Of a stretch of DNA of 64,000 nt, positions 44,065 through 54,173 are shown piece by piece. Source of the stretch: Phycisphaerae bacterium (GTDB lineage: Bacteria > Planctomycetota > Phycisphaerae > UBA1845 > PWPN01); contig DAOOIV010000006.1 of assembly GCA_035384605.1 (NCBI GenBank), positions 9,148 through 73,147 on the forward strand, in the 5' to 3' direction. Under the pieces are notes generated by a model. It was not told the origin of the DNA. It did no database searches and saw nothing but the letters and a program-made list of their open reading frames with translations. Both the position numbers and the translations under genes were made by a program. The first letter of the stretch is position 1. The number at the start of each line of letters is the position of its first letter.

Positions 44065-45840
44065 TCAGGTCATCAGCCGTCGTTTGAGGCTTGCCAGTTC
44101 ATCCCGCAAGGCATGCGGCAGTCGGTCGTTGAAAAGCTTGTAGAACTCCTCGATGTCCTGTGTTTCCTTGAGCCACGCCTCGCGATCGACGGTCAGCAGC
44201 TCCTGCAAGACCTCTTGTGTCAAGTTCAGGCCGCCCAAGTCGAGCGAATCGGGCGTGGGCACGTAACCGATAGGCGTGGCGGTTGCTTCCGCCTCGCCCC
44301 GACACCTGGCTAGGACCCACTCGAGTACGCGGAGATTCTCGCCATAACCGGGCCAGAGGTACTGGCCGTCCACGTCCTGTCGGAACCAGTTGACGTGGAA
44401 GATCTTGGGCGGCTTGGTCATCTGCTGGCCCATCTGCAGCCAGTGCATGAAGTACTCGGCCATGTTGTAGCCACAGAAAGGCAGCATGGCCATGGGGTCG
44501 CGGCGCACCTCGCCTTGTTTGCCGTACTGGGCAGCCGTCCGCTCCGAAGCCATGGTCGACCCGATGAAGACGCCGTGCTGCCAACTGTAGGATTGGTAGA
44601 CCAGCGGCGCCAGTCGGGCCCGCCGCCCTCCGAAAATGATGGCGGAAATCGGTACGCCGTGGTGGTGCTCCGTTCGGAAGCTGTGCGATGGACACTGCGA
44701 CAGCGGCGCGGTAAAGCGAGCGTTAGGATGCGCCCCGAGAACGGGCTTGCCGTTCGCGTCCCGCATATCGGGTGTCCACGGATCACCCTTCCAGTCGATT
44801 CCCTTGGCGGGGGGCTCGCCATCGCCGTCCTCCCACCAGACCGTCTTGTTGTCGGTCAGCAGAACGTTGGTGAAGATCGTGTTGCGCCGGACCGTAGCCA
44901 TGGCGTTGGGGTTGGTTTTCGTATTCGTCCCCGGCGCCACGCCGAACATACCTGTTTCGGGATTGACGCCCCAGAGCGCACCGTCGGTGTCTATTCGCAT
45001 CCAGGCAATGTCGTCACCCACGGTCCAGATCCGGTAACCCTTGCGGGTCATGCTTTCAGGGGGAACAAGCATTGCCAAGTTGGTCTTGCCGCAGGCACTC
45101 GGAAAAGCGGCGGCGACGTACTCGATCCGTCCGGACGGATCTTCGATGCCCAGAATCAGCATGTGCTCGGCCAGCCAGCCTTCCTTGCGGGCGGCACAGC
45201 TTGCCAAACGAAGGGCCATGCACTTCTTGCTGAGCAGCACGTTGCCCCCGTAGCCCGAGCCGACGCTCCAGATGGTATTGTCCTGCGGGAAGTGCAGAAT
45301 CAGACGGCGTTTGTCATCGAGGTCCGCCTTGCCGTGCAAGCATCTGGTAAACTCGCCGTCGGCGCCCAACTTGTCCAAGACGGCCTGCCCGCAGCGGACC
45401 ATGATCAGCATATTGAGTACGACGTAGATGCTGTCGGTGAGTTCGACACCGTACTTGGAGAAGACCGACCCGACCGGTCCGAGCGAGAAGGGAATGACAT
45501 ACATGGTCCGTCCCTTCATCGAGCCCTTGAAGATCTCGGCGGCTCGGCGATATCCCTCTTCTGGAGGCATCCAATTGTTGGTGGGCCCGGCCTCCTCCTT
45601 CCTGGGCGTGCAGATGTACGTGAGGTGTTCCGTTCGGGCGACATCATTCTTGGCCGTGCGGTGATAATAGCATCCGGGGTACTTCTTCTGGTTAAGCTTG
45701 ATCAGCTCGCCGCTGGCTACGGCCTCGGCCGCAAGCTGCTCGCGCTGTGCGTCGCTGCCGTCGATCCAGACGATCTTGTCCGGCCGGCACATGGCTGCCA
45801 TTTCCTGCACCCAAGCGTTGAGTTTTGCGTGATTGGTCAT
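44065..45840 (-). CDS. pckG: phosphoenolpyruvate carboxykinase (GTP)
   Basis: 591-aa ORF with the GTP-PEPCK signature FPSACGKTNLAML, plus YWWEDG-like and WMRIDTDG regions. Confidence 0.95.
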   Translation of the reverse strand: MTNHAKLNAWVQEMAAMCRPDKIVWIDGSDAQREQLAAEAVASGELIKLNQKKYPGCYYHRTAKNDVARTEHLTYICTPRKEEAGPTNNWMPPEEGYRRAAEIFKGSMKGRTMYVIPFSLGPVGSVFSKYGVELTDSIYVVLNMLIMVRCGQAVLDKLGADGEFTRCLHGKADLDDKRRLILHFPQDNTIWSVGSGYGGNVLLSKKCMALRLASCAARKEGWLAEHMLILGIEDPSGRIEYVAAAFPSACGKTNLAMLVPPESMTRKGYRIWTVGDDIAWMRIDTDGALWGVNPETGMFGVAPGTNTKTNPNAMATVRRNTIFTNVLLTDNKTVWWEDGDGEPPAKGIDWKGDPWTPDMRDANGKPVLGAHPNARFTAPLSQCPSHSFRTEHHHGVPISAIIFGGRRARLAPLVYQSYSWQHGVFIGSTMASERTAAQYGKQGEVRRDPMAMLPFCGYNMAEYFMHWLQMGQQMTKPPKIFHVNWFRQDVDGQYLWPGYGENLRVLEWVLARCRGEAEATATPIGYVPTPDSLDLGGLNLTQEVLQELLTVDREAWLKETQDIEEFYKLFNDRLPHALRDELASLKRRLMT

Positions 45841-46363
45841 GTCGCCTCACCTCTTTCGGTATTCCCGACGGGTCCTTCTCCTTCACGTTGTCCGGGGACC
45901 ATTCGTGTTCTGGTGACGGCACGTTGGTCCCTGCGGACGCGCCGTCACGACGCCCCGGCCCGGGGTGACAGGCGCACAAGTACCCCTGGCCGAAATCGAC
46001 CCTTTTGTCGCCTGATGAACCCTGTTAGGATCCCGGAATCACGCCAAACCGGTGGTACACGCGGCTGGCAGACCGATGGGAGGCCGGTCCCGATCTCTCG
46101 TCGGACCGGCTCACTAGTGCCTCAGGGCGGTCCGAAAGTCCACAGGCAGAATCTCATGCTATCCGCCCGGCGGGAGCGCCGCAAGTCGGCTTCGACGGTG
46201 CCCTCGTCGGTCAAGGCAGGTCTGCCAGAGCTGTGCGGGCCGTATCACGCCTGGATCCACAGGGGCGCCGGCTGGCCCGGACAACCGAGCGTCGGGTAAA
46301 ATCCCGTCTTGAGCACGTGAAGGCCGCAAAGACAACCCATGGGGCTCCGGAGGGCACCTGGCC

Positions 46364-46999
46364 ATGTACAGCCGGTCCGAAAACGCCGCAACAATCGTTC
46401 GGGGAAACGCAAGGGGGTCTCTGTTAGAGGCAGCCTTGCTGCTGGCTATCGGATTCTACTTGCGATGGAGCGGCCTCGAGGGGATCAGTCGCTCACAACT
46501 GTACAACTGGTCTGTCGACGTGGTGGTCTGGACATTCCTGATAGGGGGCTTCCTGATCCTGGGGGTTATGCTTCTCTGCTGGACGGGCCGGCCGTGGGCA
46601 TTGATCGTGGATGGACTAGTCAGTCTCCTGATTGGGGCCGCGCTGGTGGGTTGCGGCATCGTCTGGCTGATCCACTCGGACATCCAGGGTATCCTCATCT
46701 TGCTCTCTGGCCTCCTTGTCCTCAGTGCCGCCAAGGGGAGCTGGGCCAACTACCGCCTGGCCCTGCAGGCAGTGACAACGGTCCCTTCCGGAGAACCTTC
46801 CTTGGTGAGGCCGGTGGAAGAGGCGGTGCCTGCTGTACCAGACCCTCAAGCCAAGGCCGAAACCATGGAGCGATTGCTGTCGACCAAGCAGGCTCGACCG
46901 GCCGTTCCTGCCAAGGTGGATATCGCTCGCAAGGACGAGCCGGTCCCCGACGGATTCCTTGCCCAGCTTGGCAGGGAGCAGGACCCCAAGGGCGAATAA
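46364..46999 (+). CDS. 4-TM membrane protein with an acidic/proline-rich C-terminal tail, function unknown
   Basis: 211-aa ORF. Four hydrophobic helices within residues ~20-125 are followed by a soluble tail. Confidence 0.55.
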   Translation: MYSRSENAATIVRGNARGSLLEAALLLAIGFYLRWSGLEGISRSQLYNWSVDVVVWTFLIGGFLILGVMLLCWTGRPWALIVDGLVSLLIGAALVGCGIVWLIHSDIQGILILLSGLLVLSAAKGSWANYRLALQAVTTVPSGEPSLVRPVEEAVPAVPDPQAKAETMERLLSTKQARPAVPAKVDIARKDEPVPDGFLAQLGREQDPKGE

Positions 47000-47198
47000 G
47001 CATGGCTTCGCGTGATTTGACGCCCGATTCATGCTAACATTTTCCCCCGTTTCGCCCCGGAGCGCGTGTGAAAAGGGTAAACAACGCGGCAGGTCTCGGT
47101 CGTTGCGGCGACCTCGACTCTGTCGTCCAACATGGCTCCGTTGCCCTTTGCACCGGCTCCTGATTTACTGGGATGAACTAAGCTGGGTGTGTGAGATC

Positions 47199-48392
47199 AT
47201 GCACAACGACACCATCACCGCTCCGGCGGGTTTCAAGGCCGGTGCGGCCGCCTGCGGGATCAAACAGGTCAACAAGCTCGACATCGCGGTACTGGTCGCC
47301 GATGACATCTGCCCGGCAGCCGCCATGTTTACCTCGAACCGCTTCTGCGGGGCCCCTGTCATTGTCGGCCGGGAACACACCCGCCGGGGCCGTCTGCGGG
47401 CTCTCGTGGTTAACAGCGGCTGCTCGAACGTGGCCACGGGCAAACGCGGCATCGCAGATGCCCGAGCCATGTGTCGGCGGCTCGCCGAAAGCATCGGTGC
47501 CAAACCGATTGAGGTCTTGCCGTCGAGCACGGGGGTGATAGGCCGATTTCTTCCCATGGACAAGATCCTTCCGGGGATCGATGCCGCCCTTGAGACCTTG
47601 TCGGCATCGGCCGAGGCCGGTGAGCGGTTTGCCCAGGCGATCATGACCACGGATACCCGGATGAAGCAGGCCTGCGAGCGGGTGCGCATCGGGCGGACCC
47701 TGATCACCGTTGCCGGTTGCTGCAAGGGCAGCGGAATGATCGCCCCGAATATGGCGACCATGCTGGCTTTCCTGACGACTGATGCCGGGGTGCCGCCGGC
47801 AGTGCTCAAGAGACTGCTGAAAGAGGCGGTTGCACCAACCTTCAACCGGGTCACTGTGGATGAGTGCCAGTCCACCAGCGACACGGTGGCCATCATGGCC
47901 AGCGGGGCGGCCGGCGATCTCAACACCCGACAAACGGCCTCATTTTCCAAGGCCCTGAGAGCCGTCTGCGAGTCGCTCGCCCACCAGATCGTCCGCGATG
48001 GAGAAGGAGCCACCAAGGTGCTGGAGGTGATCGTCCGGGGCGCAAAGTCTCCCGCAGATGCCCATGCGGTGGCACGGGCGGTGGCCGTCAGCCCGTTGGT
48101 CAAGACGGCGGTCCATGGCGGAGATCCCAATTGGGGTCGGATCGTCCAAGCCATCGGGGCGACCTCTGTGACCTTTCGCCCGGAAAAGGTAACCGTGAGA
48201 CTTGGCAAGGACCTGCTCTTTGCCAAAGGCGCTCCTGCTCCCCGCCTTGATCTTGTCAAGCTGGCCGAGGCGATGAGGCAACCTCACGTGAGCTTGATGA
48301 TCGACCTTGGAGCGGGGAAGGCAGCCGACCGGGTGCTGACCTGTGATTTGTCGCGGGAATACATCGCGATCAATGCCGATTACACCACGTAG
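47199..48392 (+). CDS. argJ: bifunctional glutamate N-acetyltransferase / amino-acid acetyltransferase
   Basis: ITAPAGFKAGAAACGIK. Autoprocessing site APNMATMLAFLTTDA. C-terminus ends INADYTT. The upstream part of ORF 47031 is treated as a spurious extension. Confidence 0.93.
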   Translation: MHNDTITAPAGFKAGAAACGIKQVNKLDIAVLVADDICPAAAMFTSNRFCGAPVIVGREHTRRGRLRALVVNSGCSNVATGKRGIADARAMCRRLAESIGAKPIEVLPSSTGVIGRFLPMDKILPGIDAALETLSASAEAGERFAQAIMTTDTRMKQACERVRIGRTLITVAGCCKGSGMIAPNMATMLAFLTTDAGVPPAVLKRLLKEAVAPTFNRVTVDECQSTSDTVAIMASGAAGDLNTRQTASFSKALRAVCESLAHQIVRDGEGATKVLEVIVRGAKSPADAHAVARAVAVSPLVKTAVHGGDPNWGRIVQAIGATSVTFRPEKVTVRLGKDLLFAKGAPAPRLDLVKLAEAMRQPHVSLMIDLGAGKAADRVLTCDLSREYIAINADYTT

Positions 48393-48637
48393 GATTCGGG
48401 CTGCCGCAGGGGTCATCCCTCGCCATCGAGCATCACCGCATGTCGGGCGCTCTTGAGCAGCCAAACGATCTTTTCCGCGAGTCTCGAAGCGGCAGGAACA
48501 ACCGGCAGCTAAGCAGACGCCTTCAAAACCGGCGGAAAATCGACGGTTTTCCAGCGAATGCCCGATACAGTCCGGCATATTCAGGGGCCGTTTTGCCGGG
48601 TACAGGGACGGCGTCCAACGCCCCGGAAGGACCTTGG

Positions 48638-48731
48638 AACCTCACGGCCAGACGTCTGTGCGGCTTGCGCACATGTCTCTGGATCGCAGTGCGCTTGGGT
48701 TGCGGCCCACCAAAAGGCGGACCGCCTTAGG
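48638..48731 (-). repeat. ~94-bp intergenic repeat family, copy 2 (reverse orientation)
   Basis: The reverse complement reads cctaaggcggtccgccttttggtgggccgcaacccaagcgcactgcgatccagagacatgtgcgcaagccgcac-agacgtct-ggccgtgaggtt. It contains the perfect palindrome AAGGCGG-T-CCGCCTT. Confidence 0.8.
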
Positions 48732-48913
48732 ATTGCCACGGAACGACCATGTCCTCCTGTGAAAACCCTTGATAAAACTTGCTTGCGTGTCATCGGCCAC
48801 AAAAAAATCCAATATTTTCAAGGGTTTTCGCTGGACGAACCGACAAAAGGTCAGTAATATTCGTCACAAATCGGGCCGGTGGGCGGCCCGGGTCTTTTGC
48901 AAGGAGGTTTGTA

Positions 48914-49225
48914 ATGGCCAAACTTACGAAATCGGCCACCGCCAAGACGCTTGCAGAAAAGGTTGGGATTACCCGCAAGCAGGCAATGCTGTTCATGGAA
49001 GAATTGGCGACACTGGCCTACAAGGAGGCCAAGAACAGCTTCACGCTGCCGGGTCTTGGCAAGCTCGTGCTGGTCAATCGGAAAGCCCGTATGGGCCGCA
49101 ATCCGGCGACCGGCGAAGCGATCAAGATCCCGGCCAAGAAGGTCGTGAAGTTCCGTGTTGCCAAGGCATGCAAGGATGCGATCCTTGGGACCGCCGGCAA
49201 GAAGCCTCCCAAGAAGAAGAAGTAA
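48914..49225 (+). CDS. hup: HU/IHF-family DNA-binding protein with a Lys-rich C-terminal tail
   Basis: MAKLTKSATAKTLAEKVGITRKQA ... LPGLGKLVLVNRKARMGRNPATGEAIKIPAKKVVKFRVAK is the HU arm pattern. The tail is GKKPPKKKK. AAGGAGG SD lies 6 nt upstream. Confidence 0.9.
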   Translation: MAKLTKSATAKTLAEKVGITRKQAMLFMEELATLAYKEAKNSFTLPGLGKLVLVNRKARMGRNPATGEAIKIPAKKVVKFRVAKACKDAILGTAGKKPPKKKK

Positions 49226-49622
49226 GCCCACAGGGTTCGGCCGTCGCAATGCCACGATTCGCGACGGATGACAGCCGAAACGAACCATTGCGTTGAGAGG
49301 CTCCTTGGGAGCAGCCGGCGCCGATCGCCGCGAAACTCCGGACTGGAATACGCGAGTCCAGGGTCTTGCGGCGATTCGTTTTATGGGGAAGTGATGCCGG
49401 CTTCGTCTTCCGACGTGATCGGCGCGAAGGCGAGTAGCGCCGGCGGGGAGTCAATCGTCTGACCGCGCACTTCCGGCGGTCGCAGTTGCCGCATTTCGCC
49501 ACATTGTTGTGTTGACTTCGGGCGAAACAATAATGTCGGTATCGCGGTGGCGACGGAGTAAACGATCCGACCGTTGGTCGAAGCGGAACAGGAAACTGCT
49601 TCTGCTCAATCAGTCTTGGCGA

Positions 49623-49952
49623 TTACCAAGGTGCGGGTTGCGCCGTTGCCCGTCGGCACATGGAAACCAGTTCCGCGACTTCCGCAGCGACGTCGCTGAC
49701 GCACGTGGCTGCTCTTGCCGACTGTTCGAGAGCCGCCGCCATGGCACCGATCGTTTCAAAGCCAAATCCGCCGCTTGCCCCTTTCAACTGGTGTGCCAAT
49801 CGCACCAGTTCGGCGGGGTTGTTCGAAGCCACGGCTTGCTCGATCGCCTGAACACGATGTTGCAGGTTGCCGACAAACTCCTCGATCAGTTCCACCATGT
49901 CGGGATCGTCCTTCAAAGAGCTATAGATCGGTGAAGTATCCGTGTTGGCCAT
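49623..49952 (-). CDS. stand-alone Hpt (histidine phosphotransfer) domain protein
   Basis: LVRLAHQLKGASGGFGFETIG contains the phospho-accepting His in the HxxKG context. The start was chosen at MANTDTSPIY. Confidence 0.8.
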   Translation of the reverse strand: MANTDTSPIYSSLKDDPDMVELIEEFVGNLQHRVQAIEQAVASNNPAELVRLAHQLKGASGGFGFETIGAMAAALEQSARAATCVSDVAAEVAELVSMCRRATAQPAPW

Positions 49953-50174
49953 CGGGTTTGTCCCCGCGGTTTTCGAGCCCTGCAATTGTGCGTTTTGAGC
50001 CTGATACGGGCACAGGACGCATTGTTTATATCGGTTCACAAGAGGTGCCGGGTGACTACACGAATCACAGTGGCGTCTGACGGCCGGTTATCGGCCCACG
50101 CGAATTATGCGGACACATGGCAAAGCCGGGGCCACCCAAGGTGGAGAATCTGCTGTACGAGAGCGGCGAGGGCT

Positions 50175-51029
50175 TTACTTGCCCGCGTAGTCAATGATCC
50201 GGGCAATCTCGGTCCGCAGATTTCTTCGGTGGACGATCCGATCCACGAACCCGTGTTCGAGCATGAACTCCGCGGACTGGAATCCTTTGGGCAGCTTAGC
50301 TTTGATGGTGTTCTCGATCACCCGCGGACCCGCAAAACCGATCATGGCACCGGGCTCAGCCAAGTGAATATCGCCCAGTGATGCAAAGCTTGCGGCCACC
50401 CCTGCGGTGGTCGGGTCAGTCATGACCACGATGTATAATCCCCCGGCGTCGTCCATTCGAGCGACGGCCGAGGCGGTCTTGGCCATCTGGACCAACGAAA
50501 CCATACCCTCCTGCATCCGGGCACCTCCGGAGGCGGTTACGATGACAAACGGGATGTTCTCGTCCGTGGCCCGTTCGAGGGAAGCCGTGACCTTCTCGCC
50601 GACGACCGCGCCCATGGAAGCCATGATGAAGAACGGATCCATGACGGCCAGGATCACCGGTCGGCCGCGAATAAAGGCCTTACCCGTCACGACGGCCTCG
50701 ATCTCGCCGGATTTTTCCTGTGCCTGCTTAAGTCGATCCTTGTACTTCCCGCGATCGGAGAACTTCAGCGGGTCGGTGCTGACCAAGTCTCCCAGGAACT
50801 CCTCGAAGGTGTCCGGGTCGACAAGCTGCCTGATCCTCGTCCTGGCCGGAATGCGATGGTGGTATCCGCACTCCGGACAGACGTGAAGGTTTTCCTCCAA
50901 CGCCTTCTGGTAGACGGTCGCCTGACAAGACGGACACTGCGTCCACAGTCCTGCCGGGACGTCCACACGATTCAAAACCGGCGGCGAAGTGGCCGCCGGG
51001 GTGGTGCTGGGTACGTCTGGGTCTGCCAA
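50175..51029 (-). CDS. accD: acetyl-CoA carboxylase carboxyltransferase subunit beta
   Basis: Zn ribbon CPSCQATVYQKALEENLHVCPECGYHHRI, then SGGARMQEG and the carboxyltransferase core. The ORF is open to 51113. The in-frame TTG at 51029 lies 5 nt after GGGAGA and gives a typical N-terminal length. The start is uncertain. Confidence 0.88.
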   Translation of the reverse strand: MADPDVPSTTPAATSPPVLNRVDVPAGLWTQCPSCQATVYQKALEENLHVCPECGYHHRIPARTRIRQLVDPDTFEEFLGDLVSTDPLKFSDRGKYKDRLKQAQEKSGEIEAVVTGKAFIRGRPVILAVMDPFFIMASMGAVVGEKVTASLERATDENIPFVIVTASGGARMQEGMVSLVQMAKTASAVARMDDAGGLYIVVMTDPTTAGVAASFASLGDIHLAEPGAMIGFAGPRVIENTIKAKLPKGFQSAEFMLEHGFVDRIVHRRNLRTEIARIIDYAGK

Positions 51030-51318
51030 ATGAAATCTCCCGCATGCCGACCGGATGCCACGAGACCGCTCCCGACGCCCGGTGGGGGCTCCATTATTAC
51101 GGCTTCCGGGCACGGTTGTCCACCCCGGGGATCCGCCGGGGCAGGCCGGGTCCGTAATGGTTCGGCCGGATGTCGCGGTCGCCCGTTACAGGACGCGGCG
51201 AGTAAGTCACAGGCCCTTGACCGACCACCGCAACTCGGTCAACGGACGATTGTTTACCTGCCTAAAAGTAGCGAGGCTGCTTCGCTGGGGGACGGCGATC
51301 GGCAAGCTGTGTCAGAGC

Positions 51319-53070
51319 CTACTGATCGGCGTCGTCCTGCAGTTCCTGGCTGTTTGTCTTAGCGGGGGGAGTGCCCTCAATCACCACGGTCCTGGCCAAG
51401 AGATCGCCGATTCGCTGCCGGTAAGGCGTAAAGAACACAATCGCCAGGAAGAAGATCATGGCAGGTTCGAGCTCCAATGGCCGGGTCAGGTTGCGGGCCA
51501 ATACCTGCAAACGACTGGGCCGGTCGAGCGACTCGGTCACAACGGAGAAACCCATCAGCCGCTTGCCCGGCGTTGCCGACCAGAATAGCTCGAAAACAAG
51601 GCAGTACGCTGCATAAATCAGCCGAAACGCCAACCCGGCCCAGAACAGCGCGTGGGGTACGGGAATATCGTTCGGGAATCGTCCGAGGAGCCCGATCGTG
51701 GAGAGGTCGTCCCAAAAATCCGCGATTGGCGTCCGCCAGAGCCAACCGACGAGGATCATGGCCGGAAGCATGTCGATGAGGGCCGCCACCACGCGCTTGC
51801 CCAGGTTTGCCACGACCACTTCGGCCGGCAACATCGCCGGGGCTATGGTATGCTCGTGGCGTCTGCGGAAAATCACGAGGACCACCGCCATCAACACCCC
51901 AATGATGATGACATCCGCCAGGTTACGATACGAAGAGGGAGGTTTGGGTTCCCCCTGCCTTGTGGGGACATCCACAAACGGTTTGGCCGGCTTGCCATCC
52001 TTTAACGACCATAAGCCTGCCTCCGCCTTGTTGCCTGCCGGCCGGACCACCGCGAGATAGTCTCCAAAAGCCGCCACCGCAGCCCCCGCGTCCATCTCGA
52101 GCGGCTTCCCATCGTCCAGGACCGGCGAAGAGACGGCGAGCCATTCTCCCCGCATACCCGTGTTGGGCGGTGACATCCGCCACACCCAGCATCGCAGCCC
52201 CCCGGCGTTAATCCGCTCACGTATGATCGCGGCAAACAACAGGTCGTTGCCGCTGGACATCGCGAAAGCAGCCGTCGGGGCCTCAGGCAGTCTCAGTGTT
52301 TCGTTCGCCCGCCACTGGTCGTCGATCCTCCACGACGAGAGAATCTCATCAGACTTGGCGTCCACCTGCCACAGAAGAATCTGACGGTTCTCGTGGGCGC
52401 ACAACCACACGCGGGCCGCCGTCGTGAATTCCGGAGCGGCGTCGAAGCCGGGACGCCAACCCAAACCGTCGTATCGAACCAGGGAGTAACCGCCCAGTGA
52501 TTGAGTCGTGCGTTTTGGTTCTTCAATCACCGGTAAGGAGGAAGCTGGTGAAGACCGTCCGAGCTCTCGGGTCGCCGGCTTGGAGGCCTGACGCCGTTGC
52601 TGTTCCAACCACTCAGCCTCAACGCGGCCGGCCGTGTGCGAGGTGACCAAGGCCCATAGCAAAGGCGGCCGACCGGTGGGTGTTCCGGCAATCGCCGCCG
52701 GGACCGCGGATTCCGGCAGGCGCAGCTCGCGACGATCGCCCGACTTCGAATAGGAGTAATGAACGCCGTCGGCAAAGAAGACGTGAATCGTATCCTGGAC
52801 CGTGGCGACGCGGGCGATCCGGCCGAGCTGAGGAGAGACCGGTGCCGCGCGAGGCGGATCGTCCGGCTTATCCAGATAGGAGAACCATTGTAGCAGCGTC
52901 TGTCCGCCAGGTTCGCGGATGCCGGTGACCAGCCAAAGGACGTGCTCGCCCCCCGATGCGTGCAGTTGAACAATTGCCCGCTCGGCCCGGGCCGCAGCCG
53001 TTGGCGCTCCCACGGCCGCCAGTGCCGTCAACCAGCAAATGATCTTCGGAAACCTCGGCGAGTCGGTCAT
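51319..53070 (-). CDS. secreted/periplasmic domain protein with a C-terminal RDD-family membrane domain
   Basis: Signal MTDSPRFPKIICWLTALAAVGAPTAAARA. About 420 aa of unrecognised periplasmic region, then TM segments with the RDD-type pattern (RVVAALIDMLP ... GKRLMGFSVV ... RQRIGDLLARTVVI). Its ATG overlaps the upstream stop as ATGA (53067..53070). Confidence 0.7.
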   Translation of the reverse strand: MTDSPRFPKIICWLTALAAVGAPTAAARAERAIVQLHASGGEHVLWLVTGIREPGGQTLLQWFSYLDKPDDPPRAAPVSPQLGRIARVATVQDTIHVFFADGVHYSYSKSGDRRELRLPESAVPAAIAGTPTGRPPLLWALVTSHTAGRVEAEWLEQQRRQASKPATRELGRSSPASSLPVIEEPKRTTQSLGGYSLVRYDGLGWRPGFDAAPEFTTAARVWLCAHENRQILLWQVDAKSDEILSSWRIDDQWRANETLRLPEAPTAAFAMSSGNDLLFAAIIRERINAGGLRCWVWRMSPPNTGMRGEWLAVSSPVLDDGKPLEMDAGAAVAAFGDYLAVVRPAGNKAEAGLWSLKDGKPAKPFVDVPTRQGEPKPPSSYRNLADVIIIGVLMAVVLVIFRRRHEHTIAPAMLPAEVVVANLGKRVVAALIDMLPAMILVGWLWRTPIADFWDDLSTIGLLGRFPNDIPVPHALFWAGLAFRLIYAAYCLVFELFWSATPGKRLMGFSVVTESLDRPSRLQVLARNLTRPLELEPAMIFFLAIVFFTPYRQRIGDLLARTVVIEGTPPAKTNSQELQDDADQ

Positions 53071-54173
53071 CGTGTTTCCACCGCATCTGGCTGCGTCGCG
53101 GGCTCGCACGGCCGGCTCGTTTGCGGGAACCGGGAAGTGGCGGTGTCGGCCGCGGGGGCCGTCTTGGGAGCCGGCCGGCTCACCGGTTGCCGCTGGGCTT
53201 TCCATCCATCCACGCGGCGCACGTAGCTGAGGCCCGCACCGCCCTTCTGCATCGGCGAAACAAACAACTGGTCGGCCGCCGGTTGGTCAAAACGTTTCAA
53301 CGAGGGAAATCGCAGAGTCATGTGATTGTCGTTTCCCGCTTCCATCGAATTCATCTCGATCTTGTGGGGGGCGCGCACCTCACTCCCTTCGACCAACCGA
53401 TAGTCGGACAGCAACACTTGCATCACCGGCCGGCCGTCAGGATGAAAATAGAGAATTCTCTGCACCAGGTAGGGTTCGCGCCGGCCAATCTCCATCACTT
53501 TGCTGATATACCCCTGTCCCTGTTCGTCGTAATCCAGGAAAACAAGCTGGTAACCGTTCTCACACACCCAGAGTACCGGGCCCTGCGAGCCGGTAGTATC
53601 AGTGGGCAAATCGCCGACGCCCAGAACGTCAAGCAACACGTCCGGCCGCACGGGCAGGTCAATCTCAGCGTCATTCGTCAGCCATTGGTGCTCGCCCCAA
53701 TAGTAGCGATTCTCCTTGGCCCGCTCCCAGACCCAGAACTCACGGCTGTTGGAGCCGGCCTCGATCATGCCGCCCAGCGTGTGCTCCATCCGTAAATAAA
53801 GGTTGCGCGGCTTTCGATAAAGCAAGACTACTTTCATGTCGAAGGAAGTGCTTGGGGTGGTGTCGTCAGAGCTGCGCCGCCACCGCCCGACAGCCGACCC
53901 GTTCACTCCCCGTAACAAGAAATCCATCCGCCCGCTGTTCCAGTTCACTCGCTCAATCACCGCTTGCAGCGGCAACGGCTCTTCGGGCGGGCCGAGCCCG
54001 GGCTCGACACGTGGGCATCCGGCGATCCCGCAGGCCAAGACAAGCATCCCCGCAAGTTGGGCAAACGATCCAGGCTTGGCCACTCCCGGCAGCCGGCCCG
54101 CACCGGGCCTGAATGAGCGATCAGGTTGACTGGGCATCAGTCTCGACTGCTCCGTAAGATCGGTTTTCTTCAT
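53067..54173 (-). CDS. lipoprotein, LolB/LolA-like fold candidate
   Basis: Lipobox LVLACGIAGC. The mature beta-rich part (FDMKVVLLYRKPRNLYLRMEH ... EFWVWE ... YQLVFLDYDEQG) resembles LolB/DUF4292-type lipoproteins, but this is a weak call. The start is uncertain (54137, 54173 or 54227), and every option overlaps the upstream gene. Confidence 0.55.
   Translation of the reverse strand: MKKTDLTEQSRLMPSQPDRSFRPGAGRLPGVAKPGSFAQLAGMLVLACGIAGCPRVEPGLGPPEEPLPLQAVIERVNWNSGRMDFLLRGVNGSAVGRWRRSSDDTTPSTSFDMKVVLLYRKPRNLYLRMEHTLGGMIEAGSNSREFWVWERAKENRYYWGEHQWLTNDAEIDLPVRPDVLLDVLGVGDLPTDTTGSQGPVLWVCENGYQLVFLDYDEQGQGYISKVMEIGRREPYLVQRILYFHPDGRPVMQVLLSDYRLVEGSEVRAPHKIEMNSMEAGNDNHMTLRFPSLKRFDQPAADQLFVSPMQKGGAGLSYVRRVDGWKAQRQPVSRPAPKTAPAADTATSRFPQTSRPCEPATQPDAVETR

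Noticed and set aside
46100-46160. GAAAGTCC-containing stretch (ggcggtccgaaagtccacaggcag), reminiscent of the RNase P RNA P4 region
   Set aside because: None of the other universally conserved RNase P blocks (for example GGTAAGGGTGAAAGGGTGCGGTAAGAGC) is nearby. No SRP or tmRNA signatures were seen either.
44395-46299. 634-aa ORF on the plus strand
   Set aside because: It is entirely antisense to pckG and then runs on through the upstream spacer. Its composition (R/G/P/A-rich, no motifs) is typical of shadow ORFs in GC-rich DNA, and pckG on the other strand has unambiguous signatures.
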